IMG/VR virus record: IMGVR_UViG_3300037466_003369
Location: 8,276 to 72,275 of that record
Length of the DNA: 64,000 nucleotides
Source of the DNA: a virus
Lineage: Duplodnaviria > Caudoviricetes
Reading direction: 5' to 3' (one strand)
The translations under genes were made by a program, and so were the position numbers. The notes below the pieces were generated by a model. The model had not been told where the DNA came from, ran no database searches, and was given only the letters and a program-made list of their open reading frames with translations. Numbering within the stretch: position 1 is the stretch's first letter; each line of letters opens with the position of its first letter. Positions 9,313 through 19,756 of the stretch are shown here, piece after piece.

Positions 9313-9735
9313 ATGGCGGTAGTCGCCTTCGACTACAACACCTGGATCACCCGGTTCCCGGAGTTCACCACGACTCCGAACATCGCGACGCTCGCGCCGC
9401 TGATGTTTGCCGAGGCCAGCCTGTACGTGAGCAACACCGATGCGAGCCCGGTCACCGACCTCGGTGTCCGGGCGCTCATCCTTAATCTGGTCACGGCCCA
9501 CCTCGTCTTCATCAACTACGGCGCCGGTCCCAACGGCCCCTCGTCCCTGGTCGGCCGCATCTCGTCGGCGACCGAGGGCTCCGTGAGCGTCAACACCGCC
9601 TACGCCGAGGCCAAGCCCGGCTCGCGGGCGTGGTTCGACCAGACCAAGTACGGAGCCCAGGCCTACGCGGCGCTCGGCCCCTACCGGCGCTTCCGCTATG
9701 TGCCGCAGCCCTGCGCCCCGTTCCGCCGGTGGTGA
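9313..9735 (+). CDS. Head-tail adaptor (DUF4054-like)
   Basis: FDYNTWITRFPEF, LVGRISSATEGSVSV, QTKYGAQAY. Confidence 0.85.
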   Translation: MAVVAFDYNTWITRFPEFTTTPNIATLAPLMFAEASLYVSNTDASPVTDLGVRALILNLVTAHLVFINYGAGPNGPSSLVGRISSATEGSVSVNTAYAEAKPGSRAWFDQTKYGAQAYAALGPYRRFRYVPQPCAPFRRW

Positions 9736-10289
9736 AGAGCGTCTCCTTCTCCGGCGGCGACAAGCTCACCAAGCGGCTGAAGGAGATCGCCAAGGGAGTC
9801 TCGCAGCCCGCGGCCCTGAAGGTCGGCTTCCTGGAGGGATCGACCTACCCCGACGACAAGGGCACGCCGACCGCGGCGGTCGCCGCGTGGCAGGAGTTCG
9901 GGACGCCGACCATCCCCAAGCGTCCGTTCTTCCGCAACATGATCCAGGAGAACAGCTACCGCTGGGGCCCGAACGTCGGAACGGCGCTGAAGTCCACCGA
10001 CTATGACGCCGTCACGGCGCTGAGCCTGATGGGCATCGAGCTGCGCGACGAATTGCAGGACTCCATCCGCGAGGGCGACTTCGCCCCGCTTAGCCCGATC
10101 ACCGTCATGCTCCGCGGCATGAAGTACAATGATCCCAGCCTCGTTGTGACCGGCGCGACCGTGGGCGAGGCCGCCCGCCGCGTCGGCCTGGGGTTGACCA
10201 ACTACGGGGCCCCCACCAAGCCCCTCATCGACACCTCGCACATGATCAATTCGGTCGACTTCAAGGTCGACCAGGGAGCCAACTCATGA
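9732..10289 (+). CDS. Neck/tail completion protein (HK97 gp10-like)
   Basis: GTG overlaps the previous stop. LKVGFLEG, EFGTPTIPKRPFFR, KPLIDTSHM. Confidence 0.8.
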   Translation: MKSVSFSGGDKLTKRLKEIAKGVSQPAALKVGFLEGSTYPDDKGTPTAAVAAWQEFGTPTIPKRPFFRNMIQENSYRWGPNVGTALKSTDYDAVTALSLMGIELRDELQDSIREGDFAPLSPITVMLRGMKYNDPSLVVTGATVGEAARRVGLGLTNYGAPTKPLIDTSHMINSVDFKVDQGANS

Positions 10290-10720
10290 CGACCCCCATC
10301 ATCAAGGCCTTCGACGTGATCAACGGTGCGCGCGGCGTGGACGCGCCTTACGTCGCCGGTGTCCTCGCCGACACGCCGCAGACTCTCACCCAGGCGAACA
10401 TCCAGCTCGACACCGGGACCAAGACCGCCACGGCCACGGCCGGCGCGGCGACCCTGAACAAGGCCTCCGGCGTGATCACCTCCGAGGCGTTGACGACCGC
10501 CGCCGGCGCCACCTACGCGCTGACGCTGACCAACAGCGACATCGTCCTGGGCGACATGGTCCTGGCCTCCGTGCAGAACGGCACGAGCACCACCGGCACG
10601 CCCTGCGTGACCACGGTCGCCGTGAGCGCCGGTCAGGTGATCGTCACCATCCAGAACATCCACGCCTCCGCGGCGCTGAACGGCACGATCAAGATCACCT
10701 TCGCGGTGCTCAAGGCCTAG
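10286..10720 (+). CDS. Thr/Ala-rich structural protein
   Basis: Coupled ORF with beta-strand-like composition, in the neck region. Confidence 0.7.
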   Translation: MTTPIIKAFDVINGARGVDAPYVAGVLADTPQTLTQANIQLDTGTKTATATAGAATLNKASGVITSEALTTAAGATYALTLTNSDIVLGDMVLASVQNGTSTTGTPCVTTVAVSAGQVIVTIQNIHASAALNGTIKITFAVLKA

Positions 10721-10725
10721 GGAGG

Positions 10726-11121
10726 ATGAACCTCCACAACATCGTTGCAGGGGCGATCTCGGCGGTCAATCCGCTGATCCATGCCAAAATCTACCCCAGC
10801 CAGGGCTATACCAAGGACTCCAGCTACCATCAGGTCCCCGCCTACGGCGACCCCCAGGACGTCATGATCCAGGTCCAGGCGCTGCAGTACAACGACCTCG
10901 TCAAGACCGACAATATGAACATCCAGGGCGAGCGCCGGGCGATCTACCTGAACGGCGACTGGAACGGCGTGGTGCGCGCCGACAAGGCCGGTGGCGACAA
11001 GCTGGTGTTCCCGGACCATCCGGGCGGCCCGGACCGCACGTGGCTGGTGGTGCTGATCTCCGAGAACTGGCCGGACTGGACCAAGGTGATCGTGACCCTG
11101 CAGATGGACGAACATGCCTGA
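10726..11121 (+). CDS. Head closure / head-tail joining protein
   Basis: MNLHNIVAGAISAVNP, WLVVLISENWPDWTKV; gene order. Confidence 0.75.
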   Translation: MNLHNIVAGAISAVNPLIHAKIYPSQGYTKDSSYHQVPAYGDPQDVMIQVQALQYNDLVKTDNMNIQGERRAIYLNGDWNGVVRADKAGGDKLVFPDHPGGPDRTWLVVLISENWPDWTKVIVTLQMDEHA

Positions 11122-11377
11122 CGACGGCGTCGACAAGTCCCTGGCGCTGCCGGCGGCGATCTTCGTGAACAACGCCACGGCGTTCATGACGCTGGACAGC
11201 AACACCGTGCGGCTGGTGTTCACCGAGAATCTCAACACGGGCGATGCGGCGATCTTCCGCTGCAGCGTGATCATGCCGCTGGAGACCTTCCGCCAGCTCG
11301 GCGAGATGGTGGACAGCGTGGTCGAGCGCTACGAGACCCTGACCCATGGCTCGACGCCGGGATCGGCGCTCAACTAG
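11114..11377 (+). CDS. Hypothetical protein
   Basis: Coupled 87-aa ORF with phage-like codon usage. Confidence 0.65.
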   Translation: MPDDGVDKSLALPAAIFVNNATAFMTLDSNTVRLVFTENLNTGDAAIFRCSVIMPLETFRQLGEMVDSVVERYETLTHGSTPGSALN

Positions 11378-11380
11378 GCC

Positions 11381-11926
11381 ATGCCGGTCACCCTCAGCCT
11401 GACCGAGGACCAGATTTTCACAGTCCTCGGGGACTTCCTGACGTCCATCCTGCCGAGCGACGTGGAGATCGTGCGTGGCCTCGTGAACCGCGTGCCGCCG
11501 CCGACCGGCCCCGACTACATCGTCATGACCTCCGAGTTCCGCACCCGGCTGGCCACCAACGTCACCACCTACGACACCAGCGACCCCGCGCCGACCACCC
11601 AGGCCGTCCTGGAGCCGGCGACCTTCGTTGCGCAGATCGACGTATTCGGGCCGGCCAGCGCCGACAATTCGCAGATCATCTGCACCCTCTTCCGCAGCGA
11701 GATGGCCACCACCTTCTTCGCCCAGAGCGGTTTCGACGTGCAGCCGCTCTACGTCGAGGACCCCAAGCAGATTCCCTTCTCGGACGGCGAGCAGCAGTAC
11801 GAGGAGCGATGGACCATCGACGCGGTGATGCAGATCAACCCCGTCGTCACGGTCTCCCAGGACTTCGCGAACCAAGCCGTCGTCGGCCTGATCGAGGTCG
11901 ACGCCTACTATCCCCCTGGAGGTTAA
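11381..11926 (+). CDS. Tail terminator / neck protein
   Basis: QIDVFG...SADN and QQYEERWTIDAVMQINP; directly precedes the sheath. Confidence 0.75.
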   Translation: MPVTLSLTEDQIFTVLGDFLTSILPSDVEIVRGLVNRVPPPTGPDYIVMTSEFRTRLATNVTTYDTSDPAPTTQAVLEPATFVAQIDVFGPASADNSQIICTLFRSEMATTFFAQSGFDVQPLYVEDPKQIPFSDGEQQYEERWTIDAVMQINPVVTVSQDFANQAVVGLIEVDAYYPPGG

Positions 11927-11929
11927 TCC

Positions 11930-13636
11930 ATGCCCGCCAGCATTCCGGCCTCCGCCATTGTCAACGTCAATCCTGGCGTCGTCACGGCGGGCGGCTCGGC
12001 CCTCAGTCTCAATGGCGTCGTGCTGACCGCCAGCACGCGCGTGCCCATCGGCTCCGTGCTCTCCTTCCCGAGTCAGACGGCTGTGGCGGCCTACTTCGGC
12101 GCCACCAGCCAGGAGGCGGGGATCGCCACCGTTTACTTCACCGGCTTCGAGAACAAGAATGTCACGCCGGGCGCGATCCTGTTCAGCCAGTACCCCACCT
12201 CCAACGTCTCCGCCTACCTGCGGGGCGGCGCGGTGTCCGGCCTGACGCTGACTCAGCTCCAGGCGCTCTCCGGCGTCCTGGCGGTGACCATCGACGGCAC
12301 GCTGAAGACGTCGAGCGCCATCAACCTGTCCGGCGCGACGAGCTTCACCAACGCCGCCCAGCTCATCAACCGCGCCCTGGGCGCGACGGGTCCGCAGACC
12401 GCCTCCGTGACCGGCGCCATCGCGGCCACCACGCTCACCGTCTCGGCCGTCAGCAGCGGCACACTGCACGTGGGTGACGTGCTCTCCGGCACGGGCATCA
12501 CGGCCGGGACCTACATCACCGCCTTCGTGTCCGGCACGGGTGGCACGGGGACCTACACGGTCAGCGACAGCCAGACGGCCGGCTCGACCATGGTTACGGC
12601 CACGGCTCCGGTGGTCACCTTCGACAGCATCTCCGGCGCCTTCGTGGTGACCTCGGCCACCACCGGCACGGCGTCCACCATCACCTACGGCTCCAACACT
12701 ATCGCCGATGGCCTGAAACTGACCCAGGCGCAGGGCGCGGTGCTGAGCCAGGGTGCGAATACCGCCACCCCGGCGGCGGCCATGAATGCGATCATCACCC
12801 AGACCCAGAACTGGGCGACGTTCATGACCACCTTCGAGCCGGTCACGGCCGACAAGATCGCCTTCGCGGCCTGGACCAATGGCCAGAACAAGCGTTTCGC
12901 CTACGTCATGGGGGACACCGACGTCACGGTGACCCAGCCCAATCCGACGTCCAGCGCCGGCTACCAGATCATCCAGCTCGCCTACGACGGGACCATCCCG
13001 ATCTACGAGCCCTCGGACCTCAACCACGCCGCCTTCGTCTGCGGCTGCGTCGCGTCGCTGGACTTCACCGAGACCAATGGGCGCGCCACCATGGCCTTCC
13101 GCACCCAGGGCGGCCTCGCGCCGGGCGTGACCGACCAGACCATCGCAGCCCAGCTCTTGCTGAACGGCTACAACTTCTACGGCGCCTACGCCACGGCGTC
13201 GCAGGGCTTCGACTTCTTCTACAACGGCTCGATCACCGGCGTGTTCGACTGGGCCGACAGCTACATCAACCAGATTCAGCTCAACGCCGCCCTTCAGCAG
13301 GCGCTGGTGAGCCTGCTGACCTCGGTCAAGTCCGTGCCCTACAACCAGCCCGGCTACGGGCTGCTGCAGCAGGCCTGCATGGACCCGATCAACGCCGCCC
13401 TGAACTTCGGTACGATCCGGGCCGGCGTGGCGCTCTCGGCGTCGCAGGCGGCGCAGGTCAACGCCGCCGCGGGCCAGAAGATCGACACCATCCTGAGCAC
13501 GCGGGGCTGGTATCTGCAGATCAAGGCCGCATCGGCCCAGACCCGTGCGGCGCGCCAGTCGCCGCCGATGACGCTCTGGTACACGGACGGCCAGAGCGTG
13601 CAGCAGATCAACCTCGCCTCCATCGAAGTCCAGTAG
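11930..13636 (+). CDS. Contractile tail sheath (DUF3383 family) with an inserted beta module
   Basis: [45 protein letters not shown]. Confidence 0.92.
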   Translation: MPASIPASAIVNVNPGVVTAGGSALSLNGVVLTASTRVPIGSVLSFPSQTAVAAYFGATSQEAGIATVYFTGFENKNVTPGAILFSQYPTSNVSAYLRGGAVSGLTLTQLQALSGVLAVTIDGTLKTSSAINLSGATSFTNAAQLINRALGATGPQTASVTGAIAATTLTVSAVSSGTLHVGDVLSGTGITAGTYITAFVSGTGGTGTYTVSDSQTAGSTMVTATAPVVTFDSISGAFVVTSATTGTASTITYGSNTIADGLKLTQAQGAVLSQGANTATPAAAMNAIITQTQNWATFMTTFEPVTADKIAFAAWTNGQNKRFAYVMGDTDVTVTQPNPTSSAGYQIIQLAYDGTIPIYEPSDLNHAAFVCGCVASLDFTETNGRATMAFRTQGGLAPGVTDQTIAAQLLLNGYNFYGAYATASQGFDFFYNGSITGVFDWADSYINQIQLNAALQQALVSLLTSVKSVPYNQPGYGLLQQACMDPINAALNFGTIRAGVALSASQAAQVNAAAGQKIDTILSTRGWYLQIKAASAQTRAARQSPPMTLWYTDGQSVQQINLASIEVQ

Positions 13637-13649
13637 GGGACAGCCGCCA

Positions 13650-14084
13650 ATGGCAAAGACCATCACGTCCGCCAACGCGATCTTCATGTTGGCGGTCACG
13701 GGCGTCTTCGACACGCCCGTGCAGCTCCAGGGCTTCTCCGCGGACGACGTCTTCGACACCGAGGCCGTGGAACCGGCGGAGATCATGCAGGGGGTCGACG
13801 GTGTCATGTCCGCCGGCTTCATCTACGTGCCCATCAAGCAGGGCATCACCCTGCAAGCCGACAGCGACTCCAACGACCTCTTCGAGGAGTGGTATCGCCA
13901 GCAGCAGGCGGCGGTGGACATCTTCTTCGCCCAGGGTACGGTGCGCCAGCCGGCCATCGGCAAGGCCTACACCATGACCAAGGGTGTGCTCTCCACCTAT
14001 CCCTCCATGGCCGACGCCAAGAAGGTCCTGCAGCCGCGGAAGTTCGGGATCACCTGGGAGCGGATCGAGCCGGCGCCGATCTGA
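13650..14084 (+). CDS. Tail tube protein
   Basis: TITSANAI, LQGFSADD, GVDGVMSAG, ITLQADSDS; follows the sheath. Confidence 0.85.
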   Translation: MAKTITSANAIFMLAVTGVFDTPVQLQGFSADDVFDTEAVEPAEIMQGVDGVMSAGFIYVPIKQGITLQADSDSNDLFEEWYRQQQAAVDIFFAQGTVRQPAIGKAYTMTKGVLSTYPSMADAKKVLQPRKFGITWERIEPAPI

Positions 14085-14485
14085 TGTCCAGGAAGGTCAA
14101 GGAGATCACCATCACGGCCGAGGGCCGTGACCAGGGGAAGACGTACCTTATCACCGAGCTGCCCGCGTCCGAGGGCGAGAAGTGGGCCATGCGGGCGCTC
14201 GCGCTCCTGGCCAAGTCCGGCGTCGAGTTGCCGGACGGCTCCGCCAACCTCGGTATGGCCGGCGTTGCACGCCTGGGCTTCGAGGCGCTGATGGGGATCA
14301 ACTTCCTGGACCTGGAGCCGTTGCTGGACCAGATGATGACCTGCGTTCAGGCCGTCCCATCCTCCGGGATGGCGCGGAAGCTGGTGGAGGAGGACATTGA
14401 GGAGATCGCCACGCGGCTCGCCCTGCGGCGCGACATCTTCGAGCTGCACACCGGTTTTTTCGGGAGCGCCGGCCCCTCGACCTAG
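14084..14485 (+). CDS. Tail assembly chaperone (G-like)
   Basis: Between tube and tape measure. GRDQGKTYLITELPA, DIEEIATRLALR. Confidence 0.85.
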   Translation: MSRKVKEITITAEGRDQGKTYLITELPASEGEKWAMRALALLAKSGVELPDGSANLGMAGVARLGFEALMGINFLDLEPLLDQMMTCVQAVPSSGMARKLVEEDIEEIATRLALRRDIFELHTGFFGSAGPST

Positions 14486-14679
14486 ACCTGGGCGACGTGG
14501 CCGCCGGCAAGCTGCACGAGTACCTCAACGTGCCCCCCACCATCGGCGCCGTGATCTCCTCCCGGCTGGGGACCCTCCACGAGATGGACACGGTCTACGG
14601 CGTCGAGGACGTCTACGACCTCCTGGAGGTCATCTCCGTGGACGCCCACAACCGCCGCGCACTGCAGCCGGAGGAGTAG
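14454..14679 (+). CDS. Tail assembly chaperone -1 frameshift extension (T-like)
   Basis: Slippery T-TTT-TTC near 14455-14461. The -1 frame is open without stops through the 14497-14679 ORF. Confidence 0.75.
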
Positions 14680-14682
14680 CCG

Positions 14683-16725
14683 ATGGCCACGATCATCGAC
14701 GAGCTGGTGGTGCTCCTGCGGCTGGACGGCGGCAAGGAGTTCGAGAAGGGGCAGAAGGACATCGACGAGGGTCTGAAGAAGACCAAACAGGGGGCCACGG
14801 CCACCGGCAAGGAGCTGGAGTTCCGCGCCAAGCGCTCCGTCGAGTCCTTCTCCAAGTTCCGTGACGAGGTCATCGCCCTGTTCGCCGCCTTCACGGCCGG
14901 CGTGGGCCTGAAGAACTTCGTCGCCGATACCGTGCGCTCCGAGGCCAACCTGGGCCGCATGTCCCACGCCCTGGACGTCTCCACCGAGACCCTCTCCCAG
15001 TGGCAGGGCGTCCTGAAGCGCAACGGTGGAACGGCGGAGGACGCCACCTCCGCGTTCCGCACCCTGGCTGACATCATCGCCGAGGTGCAGACCACCGGGA
15101 CCACCGGCAAGGGCGGCGTGCTGATGCGGATGGGCATCAGCGGCGGGATCAATCAGCTCCAGGACAAGGTCGGTTCGCTGTTGGAGATGGCGGACAAGGC
15201 CAGCCGCATGGACCCGCAGACGGCGTCCTTCATGTTGCGCCAGATCGGCTTCTCCGAGGCCATGGTGAACGTCATGCTGAAGGGCCGCGGGGCCCTTCAA
15301 CAACTCCTGGAGCAGCAGAAGAAACTCGGCGTCACCACCGACGCGGACGTCCGCGCCGCCCAGCGACTGCAGGACAGCCTGGAGGGCCTGAAGACCGCCT
15401 CGTCGCGGGTCGGCGCCGCGATCCTGACGGCGCTGGAGCCGGCGATGGACCTTATCGCCAAGTTGTTCACCGCCCTTGCGGAGTTCGCCCAGAACAACCA
15501 GCCTATCGTCATCGGCGCCCTGGCCGCACTCTCGGCGGCCTTCGTTGCGGTGGGCATCGCCGCCGCGGGCGCGGCCATCGCAGCTAGCCCCATCCTCGGC
15601 CCCCTCATCGTCGTCTCTGGGATCGCGCTCGCAGCCGGCGCCGCAATCGGCGTGCTCTATGAGGCCCTGATCCGCGGCGCGCACACCTTCATGGAGTTCG
15701 TGCGTCACAACAAGGCCGCGCATGGCGCCTTGGAGGAGGTCATCGCGTCCGCCCGAGACCTCTGGGGGGCGATCACCGAACTGCTCGCGCCGATGAAGCC
15801 GGTGGCCGACGCCATCGGCAATGCCTTCAGGGCGGTCGGCGACGCCATCCGCGACGCTTTCGGCTCGGCCACCGTCGCCATCGGCCGCAACTTCCTGAAC
15901 TTCGTCGTCAACTCCTTCCATGCCATCGCCGACGTCATCCGGGCGATCACCGCCCTGGTGCATGGTGATCTGAAGGGAGCCATGGCCGCCTCCCGCGATT
16001 TCCTGCGCGATTCCGTGGCCGAGACGCCTCGCGCCAGTCGCGACGTGCCCACGTCGCAGGCCACGCCCGGTGCGGCTGCGGGTGGCGCTCCCGCCTCACA
16101 GTCTAAGACCGGTCGAGCGAACGCCACCGAGATCGAGGCGCGGCTTCGGGCGGGTGGTCTCACCGCCGAGCAGGCCCGCGGCGTCGTGGCGGGCATCCAC
16201 GCGGAGAGCGGCTTCAGGCTCAACGCCTTCAACGGCGCCGGCGGAGGCAAAGGGGCTTTTGGGATCGGCCAGTGGCGTGGTTCGCGGCTCGCGGAACTGC
16301 GTCGCCGATATGGCCCCAATCCCACCCTGGCTCAGCAGGTCGACTTCCTGCTCTGGGAGCTGATGGGCGGCGACCGCGGAGGCCGGAAGGTACTCGGACA
16401 GAGCACCGTCACGGGCGCGATGCAGTCGTACATCCGTGACTTCATGCGCCCGGACCTGCCGGGCAGTACGGCGGCATCGGAGGGGGACATCCGGCGCGGC
16501 AACGCCTTCCTGGCGGCCAACTCCAACCTACCCTCGCCCGGCGTGATGACCGGCGCGCGCGCCGCGCAGAGCGCCACGGCGGCGTCGGCCGCGTCACACA
16601 CTGAGGTCAGCGTCGGCGACGTCACCATCGTCACCCAGGCCCGCGACGCGGACGGCATCGCCCGCGACTTCGTGCCGGCCGTCAAGCGCCGCTTCGTGCA
16701 GCAGGTCAATCAGGGCCTCAGCTAG
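14683..16725 (+). CDS. Tape measure protein with C-terminal phage tail lysozyme-like domain
   Basis: Helical N-terminus and hydrophobic core. C-terminal AGIHAESGF...GAFGIGQWRGSR...QQVDF. Confidence 0.9.
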   Translation: MATIIDELVVLLRLDGGKEFEKGQKDIDEGLKKTKQGATATGKELEFRAKRSVESFSKFRDEVIALFAAFTAGVGLKNFVADTVRSEANLGRMSHALDVSTETLSQWQGVLKRNGGTAEDATSAFRTLADIIAEVQTTGTTGKGGVLMRMGISGGINQLQDKVGSLLEMADKASRMDPQTASFMLRQIGFSEAMVNVMLKGRGALQQLLEQQKKLGVTTDADVRAAQRLQDSLEGLKTASSRVGAAILTALEPAMDLIAKLFTALAEFAQNNQPIVIGALAALSAAFVAVGIAAAGAAIAASPILGPLIVVSGIALAAGAAIGVLYEALIRGAHTFMEFVRHNKAAHGALEEVIASARDLWGAITELLAPMKPVADAIGNAFRAVGDAIRDAFGSATVAIGRNFLNFVVNSFHAIADVIRAITALVHGDLKGAMAASRDFLRDSVAETPRASRDVPTSQATPGAAAGGAPASQSKTGRANATEIEARLRAGGLTAEQARGVVAGIHAESGFRLNAFNGAGGGKGAFGIGQWRGSRLAELRRRYGPNPTLAQQVDFLLWELMGGDRGGRKVLGQSTVTGAMQSYIRDFMRPDLPGSTAASEGDIRRGNAFLAANSNLPSPGVMTGARAAQSATAASAASHTEVSVGDVTIVTQARDADGIARDFVPAVKRRFVQQVNQGLS

Positions 16726-17552
16726 TGTCGCTGATCCCCTTCCCGAACGTGCCGCAGGTCCCCGGCGTCCCGCAGCTCACGCGTTACGCGGGCGGCCCGT
16801 CCGTGGCGCAGATGACGTCGCTGTTCCCCGGTGCATCCGGTCTCCTGCATGAGATCGATGGCGTCTCCGCCTACCTCACGACGTCGCCGCAGGCGACCGT
16901 CAAGGACCTTTTCGCTTCGGTCCCCGGCGTCAGCTCGATCATGACGAACAATCCGGCCTTTTCGCAGATCATGAGCCTGTCGAACTTCGACGCCCTGGGC
17001 AACGGCCTCAGCCTGCTGACCGGCGATGACCCCGGCGTGGGCTCGCTCACGGCCAGTCCGGAGTGGGGCGTCTTCGATGACGGCGGCCAGCCGGTGGCCA
17101 TTGCCGATTCCTTCGTCTCCATCGAGCACATGAAGGACTGGCGGGTGGCCAATTTCCCCGTCGCGCCGAACGGTTTCGCCGCCTACAACAAGGTCGAGAC
17201 CCCCTACGAGGAGCGGATCACCTTCGCCAAGGGCGGGACCCTGCAGCAGAAGGAGACTTTCCTGCAGGACATCGACGATGCGGTGGCGTCGCTCGATCTC
17301 TTCACCGTGGTCACCCCGGAGGTGACCTACGCCAACGCCAATCTCGTCCACTACGATTACCGCCGCCAGTCGCGGCAGGGCGTGACGCTGCTGCTGGTGG
17401 AGATCGGTGTCATGCAGGTCCGCGTCTCGGCGTCGCAGACCTTCTCCAACACCAAGAGCCCGGCGGCCAATGCCGCACAGAACGGCGGCACGGTGCAGCC
17501 GCAGTCCCCGACAACGGCCCAGACCAATGCGGCGGCAGCCGGCGCGACCTGA
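16725..17552 (+). CDS. Baseplate/tail initiator (Dit-like) protein
   Basis: PVAPNGFAAYNKVETP, VVTPEVTY; follows the tape measure. Confidence 0.75.
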   Translation: MSLIPFPNVPQVPGVPQLTRYAGGPSVAQMTSLFPGASGLLHEIDGVSAYLTTSPQATVKDLFASVPGVSSIMTNNPAFSQIMSLSNFDALGNGLSLLTGDDPGVGSLTASPEWGVFDDGGQPVAIADSFVSIEHMKDWRVANFPVAPNGFAAYNKVETPYEERITFAKGGTLQQKETFLQDIDDAVASLDLFTVVTPEVTYANANLVHYDYRRQSRQGVTLLLVEIGVMQVRVSASQTFSNTKSPAANAAQNGGTVQPQSPTTAQTNAAAAGAT

Positions 17553-17851
17553 TGCTGATCGTCCCCCTGCAGCCCGTGGCGGCCCAGACGGTGCTGGTGA
17601 CGCTGGCCAATCAGGCCTGCCGAATCAACGTCTACCAGAAGCGCACCGGCCTCTACGTCGATCTCTACGTCTCCAACGCCGAGATCGTGACCGGCGTGAT
17701 CGCCGAGAACGCCAACCGCATCGTGCGCTCGGCCTACCTGGGCTTCATCGGCGATCTCGCATTCTTCGACACCCTGGGGGCCTCGGACCCCTACTACACT
17801 GGTCTCGGCGCGCAGTACGCCCTGGCCTATCTTGAGGCGTCGGACCTGTGA
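17552..17851 (+). CDS. Small baseplate protein
   Basis: IVPLQPVAAQ, DPYYTGLGAQYALAY. Confidence 0.75.
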   Translation: MLIVPLQPVAAQTVLVTLANQACRINVYQKRTGLYVDLYVSNAEIVTGVIAENANRIVRSAYLGFIGDLAFFDTLGASDPYYTGLGAQYALAYLEASDL

Positions 17852-18726
17852 GCTTCACCAAGCGCCACATCGACGTCCAATTCCAACTCGGCCAGGGCTC
17901 CTTCGGGGGCACGTCGCAGAACACCGTGGACGTCACCGGTCTGCGCTGCTCGGCGAATGTCTCCAAGGCGGGGGGATGGACCAACTCCACGCTTGAGCTG
18001 CGCATCTGGGGACTCTCGCTCTCGGTGATGAACGACCTCTCCACACTGGGCAAGCCGCTGCCGGCGATCCGCAACAACGTGGTCACCCTGAAGCCCCGTT
18101 CCGACGATGTCGGACCGACCGTGGCCTTCATCGGCGTCATCCAACAGGCCTGGGCGGACATGCAGGCCATGCCCGAGAGCGTCTTCGTGGTGCAGGCCAC
18201 CTCCGGGATGCTGGCGCAGCTCCGGCCGCTGCCACCGACCAGCATCAACGGTGTCGCCGACGTGGCGCAGGTCGCCGCTGGCCTTGCCAATCAGATGTCG
18301 ATGAACTTCACCAACGGTGGCGTCGACATCAAAATCCCCAACCTCTACCTCTCCGGGACCGGCGTACAGCAGGTTCGCCAGCTCATGGACGTCGGCCCGA
18401 TCAACTGGATCATCGAGGACAACACCTTGGCCATCTGGCCGAAGGACGGCACGCGCGATCCAAAGGCCAATCCGGTGGTGGTCTCAGCGGACACCGGTCT
18501 CGTCGGTTATCCCAACTGGACGGCGCAGGGCCTCATGGTGAAGACCCTCTACAATCCCAACATCGCCTACGGCGCCGCGATCCAGATCACCAGCGACATC
18601 ACCCCGGCCAACGGGGTGTGGTCGCCGTTCAAGATCGACCACGTCCTGGAGAGCGAGGTCCCGGATGGACAGTGGTTCTCCATGATCGAGGCCGCCGCCT
18701 TCGGTCGTCCCGCCGTCGCCACCTGA
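17848..18726 (+). CDS. Baseplate hub protein
   Basis: LRIWGLSLSVMN, VSADTGLVGYP; gene order. Confidence 0.8.
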   Translation: MSFTKRHIDVQFQLGQGSFGGTSQNTVDVTGLRCSANVSKAGGWTNSTLELRIWGLSLSVMNDLSTLGKPLPAIRNNVVTLKPRSDDVGPTVAFIGVIQQAWADMQAMPESVFVVQATSGMLAQLRPLPPTSINGVADVAQVAAGLANQMSMNFTNGGVDIKIPNLYLSGTGVQQVRQLMDVGPINWIIEDNTLAIWPKDGTRDPKANPVVVSADTGLVGYPNWTAQGLMVKTLYNPNIAYGAAIQITSDITPANGVWSPFKIDHVLESEVPDGQWFSMIEAAAFGRPAVAT

Positions 18727-19397
18727 TGAGCGAAACCTATGTGGGTTTCGAGGCCCTCAACTCCGGGGCCTCCGACACCAACGCCCTGCGCTTCCTGTTC
18801 CAGCAACTCATGGCGGGGGTGTGGACCTCCGGGCTGGTGCTGGTGAGGGCGGTGACCAATGTCGACACCCTGGACCCGGTGGGCTTCGTGGACGTCCAGC
18901 CCATGGTCCATCAGATTGACGGGCAGGGACAGATCACCCCGCACGGGACGATCCACAACCTGCCCTACTTCCGGATGCAGGGCGGGACCAACGCGGTGAT
19001 CCTCGATCCCAAGGTCGGGGACATCGGCATCGCCATCTTCGCCAGCCGGGACATCTCCGCGGTCAAGACCTCCAAGCAGCCCGGCGCGCCCGGCTCCTGG
19101 CGGCGCAACGATCCCGCGGACGGCCTCTACATCGGCGGCTTCCTGAACGGCGTGCCGGCCCAGTACGTGCTGTTCAGCGACGCCGATGGGATCAAGGTGG
19201 TGAGCCCGACCAGGGTGACGATCCAGGCCCCCGACATCCAGTTCATCGGCCCGACGCATACCACCGGCGCGGTCACCGGCGACACCACCGCGACCTACGG
19301 CGGTGAGGTCACCGCCAACGGCGGCCACACGGTGAGCGCCCACACGCACGGCGGCGTGCAAACGGGCAGCGGAAGCACGGGGACGCCCACGGGATGA
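18726..19397 (+). CDS. Baseplate spike (gpV/gp45-like)
   Basis: VDVQPMV, LPYFRMQGG, PKVGDIG and C-terminal HTHGGV metal-tip motif. Confidence 0.88.
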   Translation: MSETYVGFEALNSGASDTNALRFLFQQLMAGVWTSGLVLVRAVTNVDTLDPVGFVDVQPMVHQIDGQGQITPHGTIHNLPYFRMQGGTNAVILDPKVGDIGIAIFASRDISAVKTSKQPGAPGSWRRNDPADGLYIGGFLNGVPAQYVLFSDADGIKVVSPTRVTIQAPDIQFIGPTHTTGAVTGDTTATYGGEVTANGGHTVSAHTHGGVQTGSGSTGTPTG

Positions 19398-19753
19398 AGA
19401 CGCTCCTTCTGGACACCGTCGCCTGGGACCTCGTCCTCGACGCCAGCGGCAACATCGCCCTGGCCGCCGAGCCTTATGCCCAGGCCCAGGACGCCGCCTC
19501 AGCCATCCGCACCTTCCAGGGCGAATGCTACTACGACACCACCCTGGGCATCCCCTACTTCTCCCGCGTGCTCGGCAAGCTGCCCTCGGCCCAGTACCTC
19601 AAGGGCCAGTTCACCGCGGCGGCACGCACGGTCCCCGGCGTGGTCACGGCGCAGTGCTTCCTCCGGGCGCTGCAGAAGCGCCAGCTCGGCGGGCAGGTCC
19701 AGATCACCAACGACCAGGGCCAGTCCGCCGTGGTCAATGTCCCGGTGGGGTAG
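19394..19753 (+). CDS. Baseplate wedge protein (gp25-like)
   Basis: WDLVLDASGNIA, GECYYDTTLGIPY. Confidence 0.82.
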   Translation: MKTLLLDTVAWDLVLDASGNIALAAEPYAQAQDAASAIRTFQGECYYDTTLGIPYFSRVLGKLPSAQYLKGQFTAAARTVPGVVTAQCFLRALQKRQLGGQVQITNDQGQSAVVNVPVG

Positions 19754-19756
19754 CGC

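Noticed and set aside
158-13822. Very long antisense ORFs (158-2560, 4930-7770, 7734-9206, 10901-13822) and similar shadows elsewhere, such as 35275-36138 and 44827-46062
   Set aside because: They mirror recognisable genes on the other strand. High GC3 suppresses stops in the reverse frame, and the translations have no motifs.
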